From Kudoa neothunni (Eukaryota > Animalia > Cnidaria): DNA of 64,000 nucleotides. The stretch is taken from positions 4,916,837-4,980,836 of the forward strand of contig OZ199839.1 in the NCBI GenBank assembly GCA_964304625.1, written 5' to 3'. The notes under the pieces were generated by a model. That model had not been told where the DNA came from. It saw only the letters and a list, made by a program, of their open reading frames with translations, and did no database searches. Positions 1-14,010 of the stretch are shown here, one piece after another. The number at the start of each line of letters is the position of its first letter. Position 1 is the stretch's first letter. The position numbers and the translations under genes are program-made.

Positions 1-288
1 TTTTTGGTTTATATTTTTGTATAAAAGTAAAATAACTACTGTGTAGACTTCACGCAACATTGAATGTTAAATTTTTTGTTATAAATACAAAAATAGAAAT
101 ATATTATGTTATATTAATTCGAATTTGTTGGTGGTGAAAGTTTGATAAAAATGTTCGTTAAACTTATTTGTGTAACCTGAATGATAAAGTAAAAGAAATT
201 TTCTCGAGTATGTACCACGCTCAAATTTCATTGTAGAGAGAAACTAAAATTAAAATTGTCGATTGTGAATTAAGACACATTGTAACTT

Positions 289-370
289 TTAACCTTCCCT
301 GAATTAACTTTCGAAACAAAACTAAAACGCGTGGGGCGCTAGACTGGGGTATTTCGTGACCCCAGACGAA
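289..370 (+). mobile_element. Possible degenerate piggyBac terminus
   Basis: TTAA followed by CCTTCCCT, plus a GGGGT..ACCCC subterminal palindrome like those of other piggyBac ends in this window; no partner end found. Confidence 0.3.
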
Positions 371-786
371 ATATGCTTTAAGCTTATTCAATTCATCTCA
401 ATTTTATATATTGTAAACAGTACACCCAGCTTAACAATTCCACAGAAAATATACAGCGGATTGCTGATTTTCATCATCAAATAGGATAGAAACCTAGGAT
501 GAATGAACATTTATGCAGTAAACTCCAGATGCATCCACTGGTGTGTAGAAATTTTCTCGGTGGTTGTCGGTGATATAATAAAATTTAGGATTTGTGTTAT
601 TATCAAGTGAATCGATATTCTATGAGACAAAAAAGCGGCTAATGTGGAGTTCAGACACGTAATTAATCCGAACTAATCCCTTTAATCTTTGGAGCGCATG
701 TAATAACAAACAATAATATTCAAAATGTGTAAATAATACTGATTTGGTTTAATGTTTCTTGAAATACTCTATTAATAAATTTTTTC

Positions 787-1528
787 TTAAATATATATAT
801 ATATATATAACGACAGATACGATGGTATAAGCCCAGGGGATTTATTCGTAATATGGCGAAACCTTCTTTTGCAGGCTCCCCACGTAGCTTCGATTCTATT
901 GGTGTGCACACCAGCTTCAGTGGCGAACTCTATGCTATGGTTGACAGTTTCATGGAGAAAACCATGCGTATCAAGACGCTTGTAATCTTTCCAGCAGTCA
1001 GCCCATATTATTGATCCCCTTTTCCACATTCCCAAGAATTATTTGGTGTATTGTTGGCAGATCCCGCTTGGTTGTAATTTTCATGAAAACATTGCCGTCT
1101 TCATCTATTCCTTCCACAATCCATCGATCTTGATTAGCTAATATCCTTCCCACGTTATTCTTCCTTTTACCAAGTTTGGATTCATCGATCTGAACGATAA
1201 TCCCATCTCCACCGACCTTTTGGGAATTCTCAATTACATGGTTCGAATATATATCCCTAATAAAATTCTTCCAATCCACAATAGTTTTGAAACTGATGTA
1301 AATGACTTCTTCATAAAAAGAGTCTTTACGGACAGTAATATACTTTCTACAGTTATTACAACATACAACTGTTTTTCTCAAAAGTCCAATGAACAAAAAA
1401 TTCGATGCAATACTATTTATTTAACTTCAAACAGCCGAGGAAGAATGATTCGATATTGTTCACATCAATTGATTCAATCGCGGGCAAATGCACAATTACA
1501 TTCATGTTTTAATTTTAATCCTTAACAT
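787..1528 (-). mobile_element. Merlin (IS1595/ISXO2-like) transposase pseudogene
   Basis: Frameshifted ORFs with GGDGIIVQIDESKLGKRKNNVGR, IIWADCWKDY and HETVNHS..GVHTNRIEATWG; N-terminal CxxC. Confidence 0.9.
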
Positions 1529-1965
1529 GAGCGCGAAAGATTACGATCAGGTATGCGCGGGATTACGTTCCTAAACTCCACATTAGTCAAAAAAGCATAT
1601 AATATTTTATTATGATATTTATTTTCAGGTAGATGTAATGAATGGTCGCGATTAAAGTTTAGAATGTCCCCAACCGCCGCGAAAATATGGGGAGCGAAGA
1701 CACCCGACCTATACAACTTATTATTTTATGAATAATTGCAACATTTTTAATAAAAATTATAAATTAAATTTATAACATCAATAATCTGTTCTAATACTAC
1801 GGTCTTATGGATTCTTCTGAAGTACTACTCAGCTATATACAATGATATCATCGATTTTTGTTTTTTGGTGATGCTTCGATATTTGCGTTTGAACGCGCTC
1901 CATATACCTCCGATTCGAGGCTAATTTACAATATACGTGTCTGGCTTTCGTAATGTTTCGTCTTC

Positions 1966-2400
1966 ATGGGGTACACGCGCGTTGGCCGAATCCTGAAAAA
2001 TCAACAATTTTTGATGATCGGAAGGATTGACGAAAATAGTAACTGTTTTCTTAAACTTTCACGATATCGAAATAGCCAAGTTCTTGAAGACATTATATTA
2101 AATAATGTTGAAGCCGGATCTACCATATGGACTGATGGTTGGGCTGGTTGCAACAGACTTGAAGATTTAGATTTCGTTCATTGCACTGTTGTTCACAAGA
2201 ACAACTTTGTTTCGCTTCAAGGAGTCCACGCATATAAGATTGAGTCAACATGGGGGGCATTCAAAAAATCGCTCCAGAACAAATAAAAATCCAGATACAA
2301 TCCCAAGCTATATATCTGATTTCTTATATAGAAGAAAATATAAAGGGAAAGAAATTAGCACTCTATTTAATTTTTTATTAACGAATTATAACTCTTTTTT
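1966..2400 (+). mobile_element. Merlin transposase remnant (C-terminal half)
   Basis: STIWTDGWAG and TVVHKNNFV..GVHAYKIESTWG motifs. Confidence 0.85.
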
Positions 2401-2439
2401 AAATTTTACGATGTTTCGCGATATTTTGTATTCTTGGCC

Positions 2440-3263
2440 GAGCGCTGGACACGTCGTATATTGTAAATTAGCCCGGTTCGGTTGGTATGGACACCTTCAG
2501 ACGACACGAACTCTTTTTTATGGGTTACAATTTCGTGAATATAACCCAGAGCACTTAGAGAGCGGTGGCCGCACCATCCATCGGAGTGGATGATGGATCC
2601 TCTTTCGACATGGGTAGTGATAATATTTTCAAGAGTCAAAGCGTCCCGTTTTTCAGTTTTAACCATAAAAACCTTCCCATTCTCATCCACGCCTCTAACT
2701 ATCCATATGCTTTGATTTTCTATGATTCTCCCTACTCCGAATTTTCTTTCGCAGATTTGACTCTAGTCAATCTGCACCCTTATTCCAGGGTCGCCAATTT
2801 TTATTGGATTCCGAATAAAATAATTTAAGCAAATATCTCGCATAAAGTTTTTGCAATCAACAGCTGTTTCAGTAGATTTAATGCCACATTCTTCCACCAA
2901 TAACTCTTGATTGCAAGCTCCTTTGCTCCAAAAATATATTATCTTCAATATTTTATATAATGGTAGCATTTACTGTCAAAAAAATGACCAAAATTGAATT
3001 TATTTTTCTTGTTGGCATATTTTAACGTAGCATCTAAATCCAACGACACTTTTTTTCCTCGAATTAAGATTCATTGTAGCATTACAATCACAGACTCTCC
3101 TTCCGGGGAGAAGGTATATATTTTTGAAATAACAAATGTCCTCAAAAGTGAGGTTGTTCAAATTCTCGGCGGAATAAATGTCGGGTAACATTATTCGAGA
3201 ATTGCCGAATGTGTCTACCCGAATTTTCACGACGGTCTGTGACATTCTGAAGTTTAACGCCAT
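2440..3263 (-). mobile_element. Merlin transposase pseudogene
   Basis: Split ORFs: Zn-ribbon N-terminus, IGDPGIRVQID, GSIIHSDGW, HKKEFVSSEGVHTN. Confidence 0.85.
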
Positions 3264-3650
3264 TGATCGCGCATTAGTTGGCTTCGGCTACAACTCTTAT
3301 ACCCAGCATTTAAAGAGTTTTCTGAATCTTTAAATTGTTGTAAGGACTCATATTAAAACCCAAGAGAAATAAAAAGTTTATACAAAATTTTTTTACTCGA
3401 GTATGCGAAAACAAATGGAATAATTAATGGCGGGGGCTATTGCAACGGATGGAAATATCTCCTTAAATAACGCTTGTATCAAAATTTTAATTTCATAAGT
3501 ACAAACAATAAATGAACTATTATTACATAGACTTTCACAAGAAAATAAATTAGTCGACTTTTTACAGTATTTCACGATCGAGATGCAAACACACTTAAAA
3601 ATGACGCAAAAAACTATGATAATGCTTTAAATTTACAATAAACGAACAAT

Positions 3651-4228
3651 CTAATTGTTTATTTCTTCACTTCTCAGACATGCTGAAAAATATGACTTAG
3701 AATGCCGAATATAACTTTGACAGTTGGCTTCCGAGACAACTCTTTGGCTTAATTCAATACAGTTAAGCAGGTCTTCATGAGTTTTTGGGGCCTGCCTTTT
3801 CACTTCGCACTTTAACTGATTGAAGACTTCCTCAATGGGGTTGAGAAAGGGAGAATAAGGCGGCAATAGGAGTAATTTGTTCCCGCTATTATTTATAATG
3901 CTCCTAACATTGTCTGTTTTATGGAAGGCCACATTATCCATGATGATCAAGTATTTTTTGTTTTCGGAAGCCAAATCATGGAAAAGTTGGATTAGGAAGT
4001 CCCTAAAAACCGATTGGTTTACACCACCTCGATGTAACTTAAAACCACATATTTTAGTGGTGCTCATCGCCGCAATTAGGGTAATATTTTGCGATCTGAT
4101 GGTTTTCACTCTTAAGTTGGCTCTTGTTCCACAAAGAGATCTACCTTGGGATCGATGTGTTGCCAAAGAAAACCCAGACTCGTCAATGAAAATCATATCG
4201 GTGTACGCTGGCTCAAGGTTTATATATT
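3651..4228 (-). pseudogene. 5'-truncated DD34E transposase catalytic domain (inverted arm)
   Basis: IFIDESGF, IMDNVAFH, LPPYSPFLNPIEE; the HTH region is absent. Confidence 0.85.
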
Positions 4229-4478
4229 TATTTTAAATAAATTATAGTTACTATATAAATTAAGCCTTAATTATTTTGAATCTTAGAAGAATCGTTCGGC
4301 AGTATTCCTATCAATTTACACAAGAAAAATCTTCTAAGGGGTTTAATGAGACTCATTTAAGATTCATACTATTATTTTTATTTGCGATTGCATGCTAAAC
4401 CATTTGAAAAGTAATATGACAGTTGATTAATAGATGAATTTTCGAGAATTTTGCAAACCGCACGCGCAATTTAGCATT

Positions 4479-5618
4479 ATGTCCAGCGATGATTCGTGTT
4501 TGTCAGATGTCCCAGAGAATAGTTCAAAAAACATAAGATCCTATAAACTAACTCCTCCACCAACCAGAGCGGATATTATAATAAGACATAAGGTATTAAT
4601 ATTCGAAAATATAGTTAATGAAATAATGGCATAGAGTGGCATGACTAATCGACAAATATCAAGTGATCTAGGCGTGCATGAGGCTACAGTTAGTAGGATA
4701 ATAAAAAAATATAATAAAACTGGTTCTTATTGTCGAAAGGAAACTGGTGGTGATCATCGCCCATTATTAAATGAAGAACATAAACAATTCATTCTTCATG
4801 CGATTGATGAAAATTGCACATTATCCCTCATCCAATTAGCCGATAAAGTTTTCCAACGATACAATTTAAAAGTATCAAGGCAAACTATCCAGAGAGCACT
4901 TAACGAGTTTCATTACACTCTTAAGAAGGTTTCTCTTGTCCCAACAGATAGAAACTCCCCCCGAACAATCTCCTTGAGATTTGAGTAAACAAATCTTTGT
5001 CTTATCTAAATTATTATAATTTAGTTACGTCAACGAATATATAAACCTTGAGCCAGCGTACACCGATATGATTTTCATTGACGAGTCTGGGTTTTCTTTG
5101 GCAACACAACACGTCGATCCCAAGGTAGATCTCTTTGTGGAACAAGAGCCAACTTAAGAGTGAAAACCATCAGATCGCAAAATATTACCCTAATTGCGGC
5201 GATGAGCACCACTAAAATATGTGGTTTTAAGTTACATCGAGGTGGTGTAAACCAATCGGTTTTTAGGGACTTCCTAATCCAACTTTTCCATGATTTGGCT
5301 TCCGAAAACAAAAAATACTTGATCATCATGAATAATGTGGCCTTCCATAAAACAGACAATGTTAGGAGCATTATAAATAATAGCGGGAACAAATTACTCC
5401 TATTGCCGCCTTATTCTCCCTTTCTCAACCCCATTGAGGAAGTCTTCAATCAGTTAAAGTGCGAAGTGAAAAGGCAGGCCCCAAAAACTCATGAAGACCT
5501 GCTTAACTGTATTGAATTAAGCCAAAGAGTTGTCTCGGAAGCCAACTGTCAAAGTTATATTCGGCATTCTAAGTCATATTTTTCAGCATGTCTGAGAAGT
5601 GAAGAAATAAACAATTAG
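4479..5618 (+). pseudogene. Intron-containing Tc1/IS630-like transposase, disrupted
   Basis: GT-AG introns 4593-4634 and 4985-5024 join the HTH exons in frame to IFIDESGF. A 5-bp insertion near 5108 and a D>N change (IMNNV) relative to the inverted copy disrupt it. Confidence 0.85.
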
Positions 5619-6231
5619 ATTGTTCGTTTATTGTAAATTTAAAGCATTATCATAGTTTTTTTGCGTCATTTTTAAGTGTGTTTGCATCTCGATTGGACAT
5701 AAGTGCTATATGCGCTGACAGTTTGCATCTTGGTTGAACATGCTTGCATCTTGATCGTGAAATACTGTACCTCTAAATTGGCCAAGTATGCAGTCATTGT
5801 TTAATATTTTTCTTCAATAAATTCATATTGAAGTTAATGGATAAGTGATTTTCAAATCTTGTTGTGTTGATTTTATATAACAACAAGTATCGATATACCC
5901 AATACGTTAATTATGAATACGTGAATTTGTGTTAATGCGGTTTATTTGCAACATTGATCGCAAACAAACTATTTTACAATGTAATTTCAATTTAAATGGT
6001 GAATTCTAGATTAATTTGGTTGTTATAATTTTTATTATGGGATTTATCGATAAAGGTCATCATTTATACTTTTAATATTAATGTCAATCATATGAAACAC
6101 TATTATTTAATTTACTTTAATACAGATATTTCCTGCCGGCGAATATATACAGGATAAATTGGCTATTCTTTACAAAACGGGAAAGCAGTCGGAAACTTTC
6201 GAACAAGTTTGCGAAAAACCAGAAAAATAAA

Positions 6232-6830
6232 TTATATTAAATAATTGTTCATTATTTCTTTAAAGAAGGTACTAAGTTCGATTCCTCTATATTTTTTAAG
6301 GAATACACAATCCGAAATGAAGCCATATAATGACTCTTCATTTTTATTAATAATGTTCCTGTACTTTCTTTTAAATCCCCCATGTAACTTCGATTTTATT
6401 TGTATGTACACCAGTATCAGAAACAAACGAATATTTGTGACAGACTGTATCGTGAAAAAATCCTAAATCGTTCAGACGATTGTAGCCCCTCCATTTATCT
6501 GTCCAGATAACAGAATTCTCTTCAATATTATCAAGAATAATTTTTTCAAGCGCATCACTGCTTCTTCTCTCCGTCAGTTCAAAAAAATATTCACCTTCCC
6601 TATCTATATCACTAACAATCCAATACTGCTGGGTTCTTAACAGTCTGCCAACATTATATTTTCTTTTAGTCACCGCAGTTTCATCGATCTGGACAACGAT
6701 ATTTGTACCGCCAATTTTTTTTCGTTCATCCGTAATCTTCAATGTAACAATACTTCTAAACAATTCAGACCAATCATTTATTGTTTTTGAAGAGAGAATT
6801 CCAATGTGCTTTTGTATTTCTTCGTAAGTA
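6232..6830 (-). mobile_element. Merlin transposase remnant
   Basis: IGGTNIVVQIDETAVTKRKYNVGR, VIWTDKWRGY, GVHTNKIEVTWG. Confidence 0.9.
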
Positions 6831-9614
6831 ACCTTGCTAAATTGAATTTTTACGAGGAAAAATAAAAAACATTGTTATAAAATACTTATTTTAAATAATG
6901 AAACGAACTTTAAGTAAAAAGCGATACCAACGAGAATAATTCGAAACACGATAATTAGGTATAAAATAACCAACCGAATCGAAGAAGAAATAGTATTAAT
7001 ATAATTATAATTTGTTCAAATAAATATTAGAAATTAAGCGTTAAGCAAATTAAAAGACATGTGAACGAAATTTCTGAAGCATCCACAACCAAGTTACATA
7101 ATAATGACTTGTCTGAAGACTTGTAAATATGCAAAATGACCAACAGATAGATAAGAACAAAATCGACGATAATTTCTATAGTTAAATAATCATACAGAAT
7201 TTTTTAAAGATTTAAAATTCCACTCGAAAATATGAACAGTAGGGCGACTTAATGGTTGCGATCGAACGGTCATTAGATTATCTAAAAAGCGAAGATGAGC
7301 AATTTAAATTCATATAAAGTATACAAACAATAAAATATTCCACTAAATATTAATTTCATTTTTTAGAACAGGAAAACAAATTAAATATCACAATTATTTG
7401 ATTTTAAAACAGTTATAGCCACTTTTATAATAAAGTTAACGGAGAAAAGTATTATTTCTTGTTTTTATCCCATATTTGATCAAGAAAAGAAGATAGAATT
7501 GATAGAATAAAAAGGAACGCATTCGAATATTTTTAGCATGCGCGCTAACTCTCTTAGTAATTTCAACGTTTTTCGTAATTTCTTATAAAAACTACATTAC
7601 TTATAATCAGTGTTAGTTAAAAAAATACAGATACAAATTCTTTAAGAAAATTACAATTTAATTCATGCATAATTAGCAAATTTAGAGGTAAAAAGTCAAC
7701 TAATATATTTTCTTTTGAAAATTTAGTTTATAATAGTTAATTTATTGTAATACGTATTTACAAAATTAAAATTTGAATAAAAGAATTATTTTAGAGGATA
7801 CTCCCATCCGTTGCAATAGCCAGTGACATAATTAATTGGATTAATTATCGTTAATCTATTGTGGATTATATTCCAAAAGAAATATTGTTTTTCAGGGTTC
7901 GCGTTTTTGTTTAGATCAAAAATTTTGATTTAGATGAGAGAAAATCATGTTAATAATAAATATATAAAGTTTAGAAAATAATACAACAAATATTAAATGA
8001 AATTTGAAAAACTGTCTTATTTTATGCATAAATCTTTAGGCGATAAATTATAAATTTTATTTTCAGATAGAAACGTACTTAATACAGGAACTTGAGAATT
8101 TTCAAAGTAAATAACCAAAAATGCATAAATGTAGAGACAAAATAGTCAATTTGAGGTCTTGAAATACTCCAGTCAGTGTCAGTTCCAGCAGATTTAATGG
8201 ACCCTATATTTTATTGTTAGAATTAATTAAAATGATTACAGATTTGTTTTTATATTCTTAAATAAAAAAAGACATTTCTGTAATTTTCTAAAGTTTTGTA
8301 TATTTTAATACACTGGTCTCGAAATAATTTCATAGATACCGCCTTTGTATTAAAAAATCTCATATTAAAGTGTTGTTAGATGGTTAAAAATATAGTTCTA
8401 GCAATGCAGACCTCTATTAATTTATTTTATTGTCTTATATTTTGAATAATATTTATTTAAAACTATAATTTGATTAGCTTTAATTTATATATTTTACTTT
8501 GTGAATTTTGAAAAAATTCCGCAAAAATATTTTTGTAAAAATAGAAAGTCTCATGAACCTAATGATTGCATTAAATATATCGTATTTAATCATTTTTTAT
8601 AAAAATATATAATATATTCACGCTAGAGAATATTGACATGTATAAAAAATATTATATATGAAGAATGTTTATGTGATTGATTATGACGTAAGTTCCATTA
8701 TTTAAATCTCAATACGATTAGTTACTCTGCCAACTAATCCATCGAAATGACTATGGCTTTATTTCAGTATTTTTTTTCGATAAAGCTATCAAATTTCATG
8801 TAATAATTAAAACGTGGTAGTTCGTAAATATACACAATGAATTATTACTTTCAGCATTAGATTAGAAGGACTAACGAAAATCATGTAGATTTTTACCTTT
8901 TCCGACAGTTTGTATGTTATCTAAATTTTTTGCACACTAATATTATAAAAATAATAATTTCAATTAAGAGTTTAGTGAAGCTGTAAGGTTGTGGAAAAAT
9001 TCGCCATTTTATTAAAATAGATATTTATCATAACGGTTTTTATGTATATTTTCGCGTTTTAAAATTTTACATAATCAATGTTTTAACACTGAAATAAACA
9101 GATAATGAATCGATGATGAAGAGGAAAAATCTCCCCTCAAATATTGTTTTACAAATAGCCTGTAGTAATTAATATTATTTTCTAGAAGTAAGCATCCCAA
9201 TTACTCATGAATCTCAAAAAATGGTTTTATTTCTCTTAAATATGACAAGAACCATATGAAAAAGTGTAGCTGCTCGTGGGAAGTATTGTAAACAAATAGA
9301 AAGATGTATTGGAATATCTTCTAACAGAATTTGTATTAGTATGATTCAAAATGATTTAATCTATTTCAGATATAAATCGATAAAATTAAAATACTAAAGT
9401 CTCTTTTTGAATAAATATATAGTCTCGTAGGTCGTAATTGTATTCGGTAAGGATTTTTCACCATATGAGAATGCAACTAATAAACGCAATGAACATTATA
9501 CCAAATGATGAACATTCAAATCTTATAAAGTATTTAATTTAATGTAGTATTGAATAGTTTTAAAAGCAGAATTCTTCAAACCAATTTAAATTGATAGGAA
9601 AGTGGTTGGTTAAG

Positions 9615-11558
9615 CTAATTTTTGCTCAAGAATTGTTTCCAGAACACGCCAAGTTCATTGCCTTGGTGGATCACTCTGGTGGGTATATTCAATCGATTAT
9701 TTCTTTGTAAATAGGCCTTGAAGACAATTATTAGACACAATCCTGGGGAAATAAAAATTAATTAGTACATGTCCGTAAACAACTGAAAGATTTTTCTTAT
9801 CGTCGGATGCTCTCTTGCCAATCCAAATATAACATATATTAACGCCGTCGAAAAGAAACACTAAATCATGTCAACTGTAAACTAAGGAAACAATGAAACC
9901 TGAGATTACCATCATTGCCATCAAGAATAGACTTTGTGAAAGGTCCTGAGCCCAAACACGTAAACTCAATTCGACCAAATTCATCACTAAGTTTAAAGAG
10001 ACAAGGTTTGAGGTTTGTCGTTTGAGTAGGACGCTTAAATTTTTTCTAAGCAAAAATAGACTTCATTTATTACAGAATAATATTACAAGCGTAGCTTTAT
10101 TTTTTCGGGGCATTTCATCAACTACAGGGTGTTGAAATCCATTTGTTCCTTCCGCTAGAAAATAATTAGAAATTTTTCTCCATTTGCGAAAAAAATTGTA
10201 CCAATAATTTCAACCGTTAATTTGGGATTGTTGGCCTAAAAAATTTCAGAATAATTCTCTAACCTTAGACAGAATTTTTTATAAATAAATTGAAAAATTT
10301 GTAACACATCGTTTTAATTATTTAATGTAAAAAGTAAATAATGTCCATACTTTCATTTGAGCTATGGCTTCCATGGCCATTGTTTTCTCTGCAAGATTTG
10401 AATCTTTGCCATTCAACTTTATAGTAGGTGACTTTAGACTAATAGAAAATATAATGATCACGTTACTTGGTAAACATTGTCCCCAATTTGCAAAATAAAA
10501 ATGTCGTCCGAATTCAAATTTTCATATCTATAAGATACTTCGACGATTTTGACAGTTTTCTAAAGAAAATTCAAAAAAATACAAAAACAAAGGAATGTAA
10601 TACCCTGATTCCTGAAATGTGTAAAAGTCGCTTAACATTTGAAGTGGGGGTGGCTTTATCACTCAGTGTGTTTTTCGCGCGATCGTAACTAAAAGATAAT
10701 AAAGGGGAAAACATTTCTTTCGATTAGATACCCTCCTTTTAGGACGGAAAATTTTGTGAACAATTCCAAAAATTCTTCCGTTTCATTACCTTGCGTTTCA
10801 CGATACTGATTAGCACAGCCATTCAACTAACCGAAAATAACAAACTATACGATTACGTTTTTATTACGATAGTTTTGTCCAACTCAGTTGCTTTTATTGC
10901 AACAGTAGTGTACTCGTCCACTGTGGAATATTTTCCAATCCACATGTAAATGTTGTAGCTTATTTCCTAACAGTTATTCATTACATTTATACAAAACTTG
11001 AAAACACATTAATCGAAAGAGATTAAAGATTGTATCATTTTAACCAGATAGAGTTTAACTGAAGAGTTATGCCATCTAGATCGAATATAATCTTTAATTT
11101 TCAAACTAAACGGCACATTTACAATGATTATTAATATGAAAAATTAATTTTAAAATAATCGTTATTATAATTAATAACAAACTATCATAAAGAAGAAACA
11201 TACTCCATTTTCATTTTGTTGAACTTTTAGAATTAGATAAGAATCTCCGTCGTAAAAATAGCCATATTGGGAGGGGTCCACTGGCTCTAACTAAAATATT
11301 TGGATAGAATACTACACCACATTAATATAATACTTTCAATTTGTTTATTCGCCAAATGTTCAGAGCTCCAACTTGACGTTTAATATTTTCGAACGCTGGC
11401 TCAACGTATCTTTTTTTTAATGTGCTTTTAATAGAGCTCTAAAACATCGTAATTTTCATGCTTGGTAACACAATCAATACTTTCATATTTTCCATTTGGA
11501 CAGTTGAATTGGCCGCAGCAGCGGCTGCAAATTTACTTCTTTTGTGCTTACGTAACAT
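9615..11558 (-). CDS. Gelsolin/severin-like actin-binding protein, 3 domains, copy A (multi-exon)
   Basis: Spliced reading gives NIWRINK, YGYFYDGDSYLIL, IYMWIGKYSTVDEY, QYRETQGNETEEF, LFKLSD and CYIWIGKRAS, with many ~35-45 bp GT-AG introns. Start codon uncertain. Confidence 0.85.
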
Positions 11559-11999
11559 TTTTGAGCTTATTAGCTATTCGACCCAATACTAGGTTAGGGA
11601 ATACGAAGATTAATTATTGAGATTTCACCTGAGGTATAGATCTGTTTTCCTAATTCTCTCAGTGACAATTATACATATCACCGATAAATGTTGGTTCGTT
11701 CTTATGAAATTCTTAAGCTTTATTTTCAGTCCATCGCCGATTAATTTCATGACTATTTATATTAAGATGAGCATAAGCTGACCCGGATTAAATAAATTGT
11801 AAGCTAATTCAATTGTTATACAAACAAATTTATAATTTACAAAATTTCCACAAAATTATTGCATTTGGTGTTTAATTTAATCACAAGTTATCCAATTAGT
11901 AATCCAATTATCGGACTCCACAATAATCTCAATTGAACGAATCAGGTAACGACTACGCATGACACTTGTTTATGAACAAAAGTAGGTTTTCAAAGAAAT

Positions 12000-12535
12000 G
12001 AAACACTCATCTGAAACCATAGTCGATTTCAAATGATTCCTTGGGAATATCTATTATGACTATATTTTCGAAAATTCAAATAAAATCGGAGAAATTGAAG
12101 TAGTCGTCTAAACATACGAACCCTCACGTTGTAGGATAAAATATAATGTTGGGAGATTTCCGTCAAATCTGGATTAGCGAATTGCTGGTACGATCGATAA
12201 GCATGTAGATGTATTCATGGAGAAAGCCATTGTGAGAAATAAAGCGACAATTACAGATGTTGTACTTTGATGGATGGAACGATATTCCATTGCTCAGTTA
12301 GATGTCGGAAAGGAAATATGAGGTTGGATCTAAATGGATATTTGCAGAGGATTGTAGACGGTAGCTAAGAGTTTGTGAGTGAATAGGACATACATACGAA
12401 TCGTAGAGAAGTCAAGTGAGAGGTTGGAAAAGGAAATTTTGTTATCTACGAAACAAATGGCCCAATTTGATCCTTATCCACCTTCACGAATATATATTCA
12501 AAAAATTAGTCACGACGTCATTTGGAAACTTTAAA
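12000..12535 (+). mobile_element. Highly degenerate Merlin transposase remnant
   Basis: SETIVDFK*FL..YIFENSNKIG..KYNVGR aligns with the Merlin ORFs at 998-1396 and 6371-6763. Confidence 0.6.
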
Positions 12536-13940
12536 GCGATCGAAATAATATATTTTTAAATTTAAACTCGTTTTTCTCTTTGTTATGACCGAAAATTAAT
12601 CAGAATTAAGTGGATCAAGTGCAAACTTTAGCCTGACTGGATAATAATAAGGTTAGTTTTGGTATACGTTATGTATATGATAAATTAAAAGCGATACATT
12701 GCCCAATCCTTTCAGTTATGTTAAGTAATTTTTTCTATTTTTATCTAATGCCTATTTCATTTTTATGTATTGAGTTAATATTTTAATGTTATTAATTATA
12801 ATAAAACAGATTAAAAAATAAGCAGGATAAAATAGACTATTTGTAGCGTTATCGGAGGAAGCTCTTCGGGGATACACGTTAATTTTTCGAGTCCCTTCCA
12901 AGAGTTAATCTAAATATGCTAAGTTCTCATAAATAAGTAGGGGATTAAGATTATAACCCTCCAACTCACATCCCTACCCTGCGATCCAACGTGTTCTAAA
13001 ATAAACCTCCACATTTTTTAAGATTATTAATTCTGGTTATTATTACAGAACGATTGCCTACATTCATCTTTTTTAATAATAGGATATAAGTAATTGACTC
13101 ACTATGCGGTATCCGAAAACTTGATTGGACTGGGTTTATGTTATTGCATTTTTTCGATAGAAACTAAGATTAATTAGACATTAACATAAATGCCCTTTAT
13201 ACTGAATTCTAGGCGATCTACTTGAGAACGGCAGATAAGGAGTTACGAAATACCGATCAGAGCAGAAATCGAATGATTTTTCGATTCCGGGTAAGGCAAC
13301 CTTCCTTATATGAAATTTTTGAAAACTTTAATTCGATTTTTTTACTGCACATGAGTAGATCGGTCATGTGTGCCAGAGAAGACTCTCAACAGGCAGAATC
13401 TCATTCCTTGCAGAGGCATTTTATATAACTCTTTATTAAAGATACTTTATTATTTTGTTGTTAAGCTATATCGCATTTAATATTTGCGCCTTGGTTGAAA
13501 AAGATGGGGTTGAGTTGATTCACTATGTTAATTATCTCCATGAATGGGTTTATTTGAACGGATTTTATGACAGTTGTCTGCTGCTTTTAAGCCTCTATTA
13601 GAGCTTTTAAATAGTGGGGATGTAATAAAAATTGTGGAGCTTTTTAAACAGTCGTATCTTGGCTTAGATGCTCGACGAGCAATAATGTTATTCCTTAAAA
13701 TTTGATTTGATTTCAAAGTGGTTTATCTTTCATATTAATTTTAAAATAACCGACTTGTAATTATGGGTTTTCTTGAAAATATGTGGGTGGCTATTTCAGA
13801 TTTCTTTAATGTTTCCATCTTTAATACTTTTCACAAATAGTTTTTAGACTCTAGATAAAATTTTCTCTTAACAAAATTTATTCTTACATTTTTAAGCAGT
13901 ATCTAAATTTCGGAACTATAGAATATGAACGTCTTCATTA

Positions 13941-14010
13941 TTAACCCTCCTAAGACCAACCGATCTAAAAAAAAAGGTGCTTAAGCGGGCTCTTGCGAGA
14001 CCCTAGTAAA
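13941..14010. mobile_element. piggyBac terminus
   Basis: TTAA-CCCTCCTAAGAC, nearly identical to the inverted terminus at 37939-37954. Confidence 0.45.

Larger units (their letters stand above)
3565..5767. mobile_element. ITm (IS630/Tc1-like) element with ~660-730 bp inverted arms
   Basis: Both ends read CAGTATTTCACGATC inward and are flanked by TA; 3565-4228 is a near-identical inverted copy of 5036-5767. Confidence 0.85.

Noticed and set aside
3877-5392. Duplicate hydrophobic ORFs MFPLLFIMLL..
   Set aside because: Antisense shadows of the Tc1-like DDE domain.
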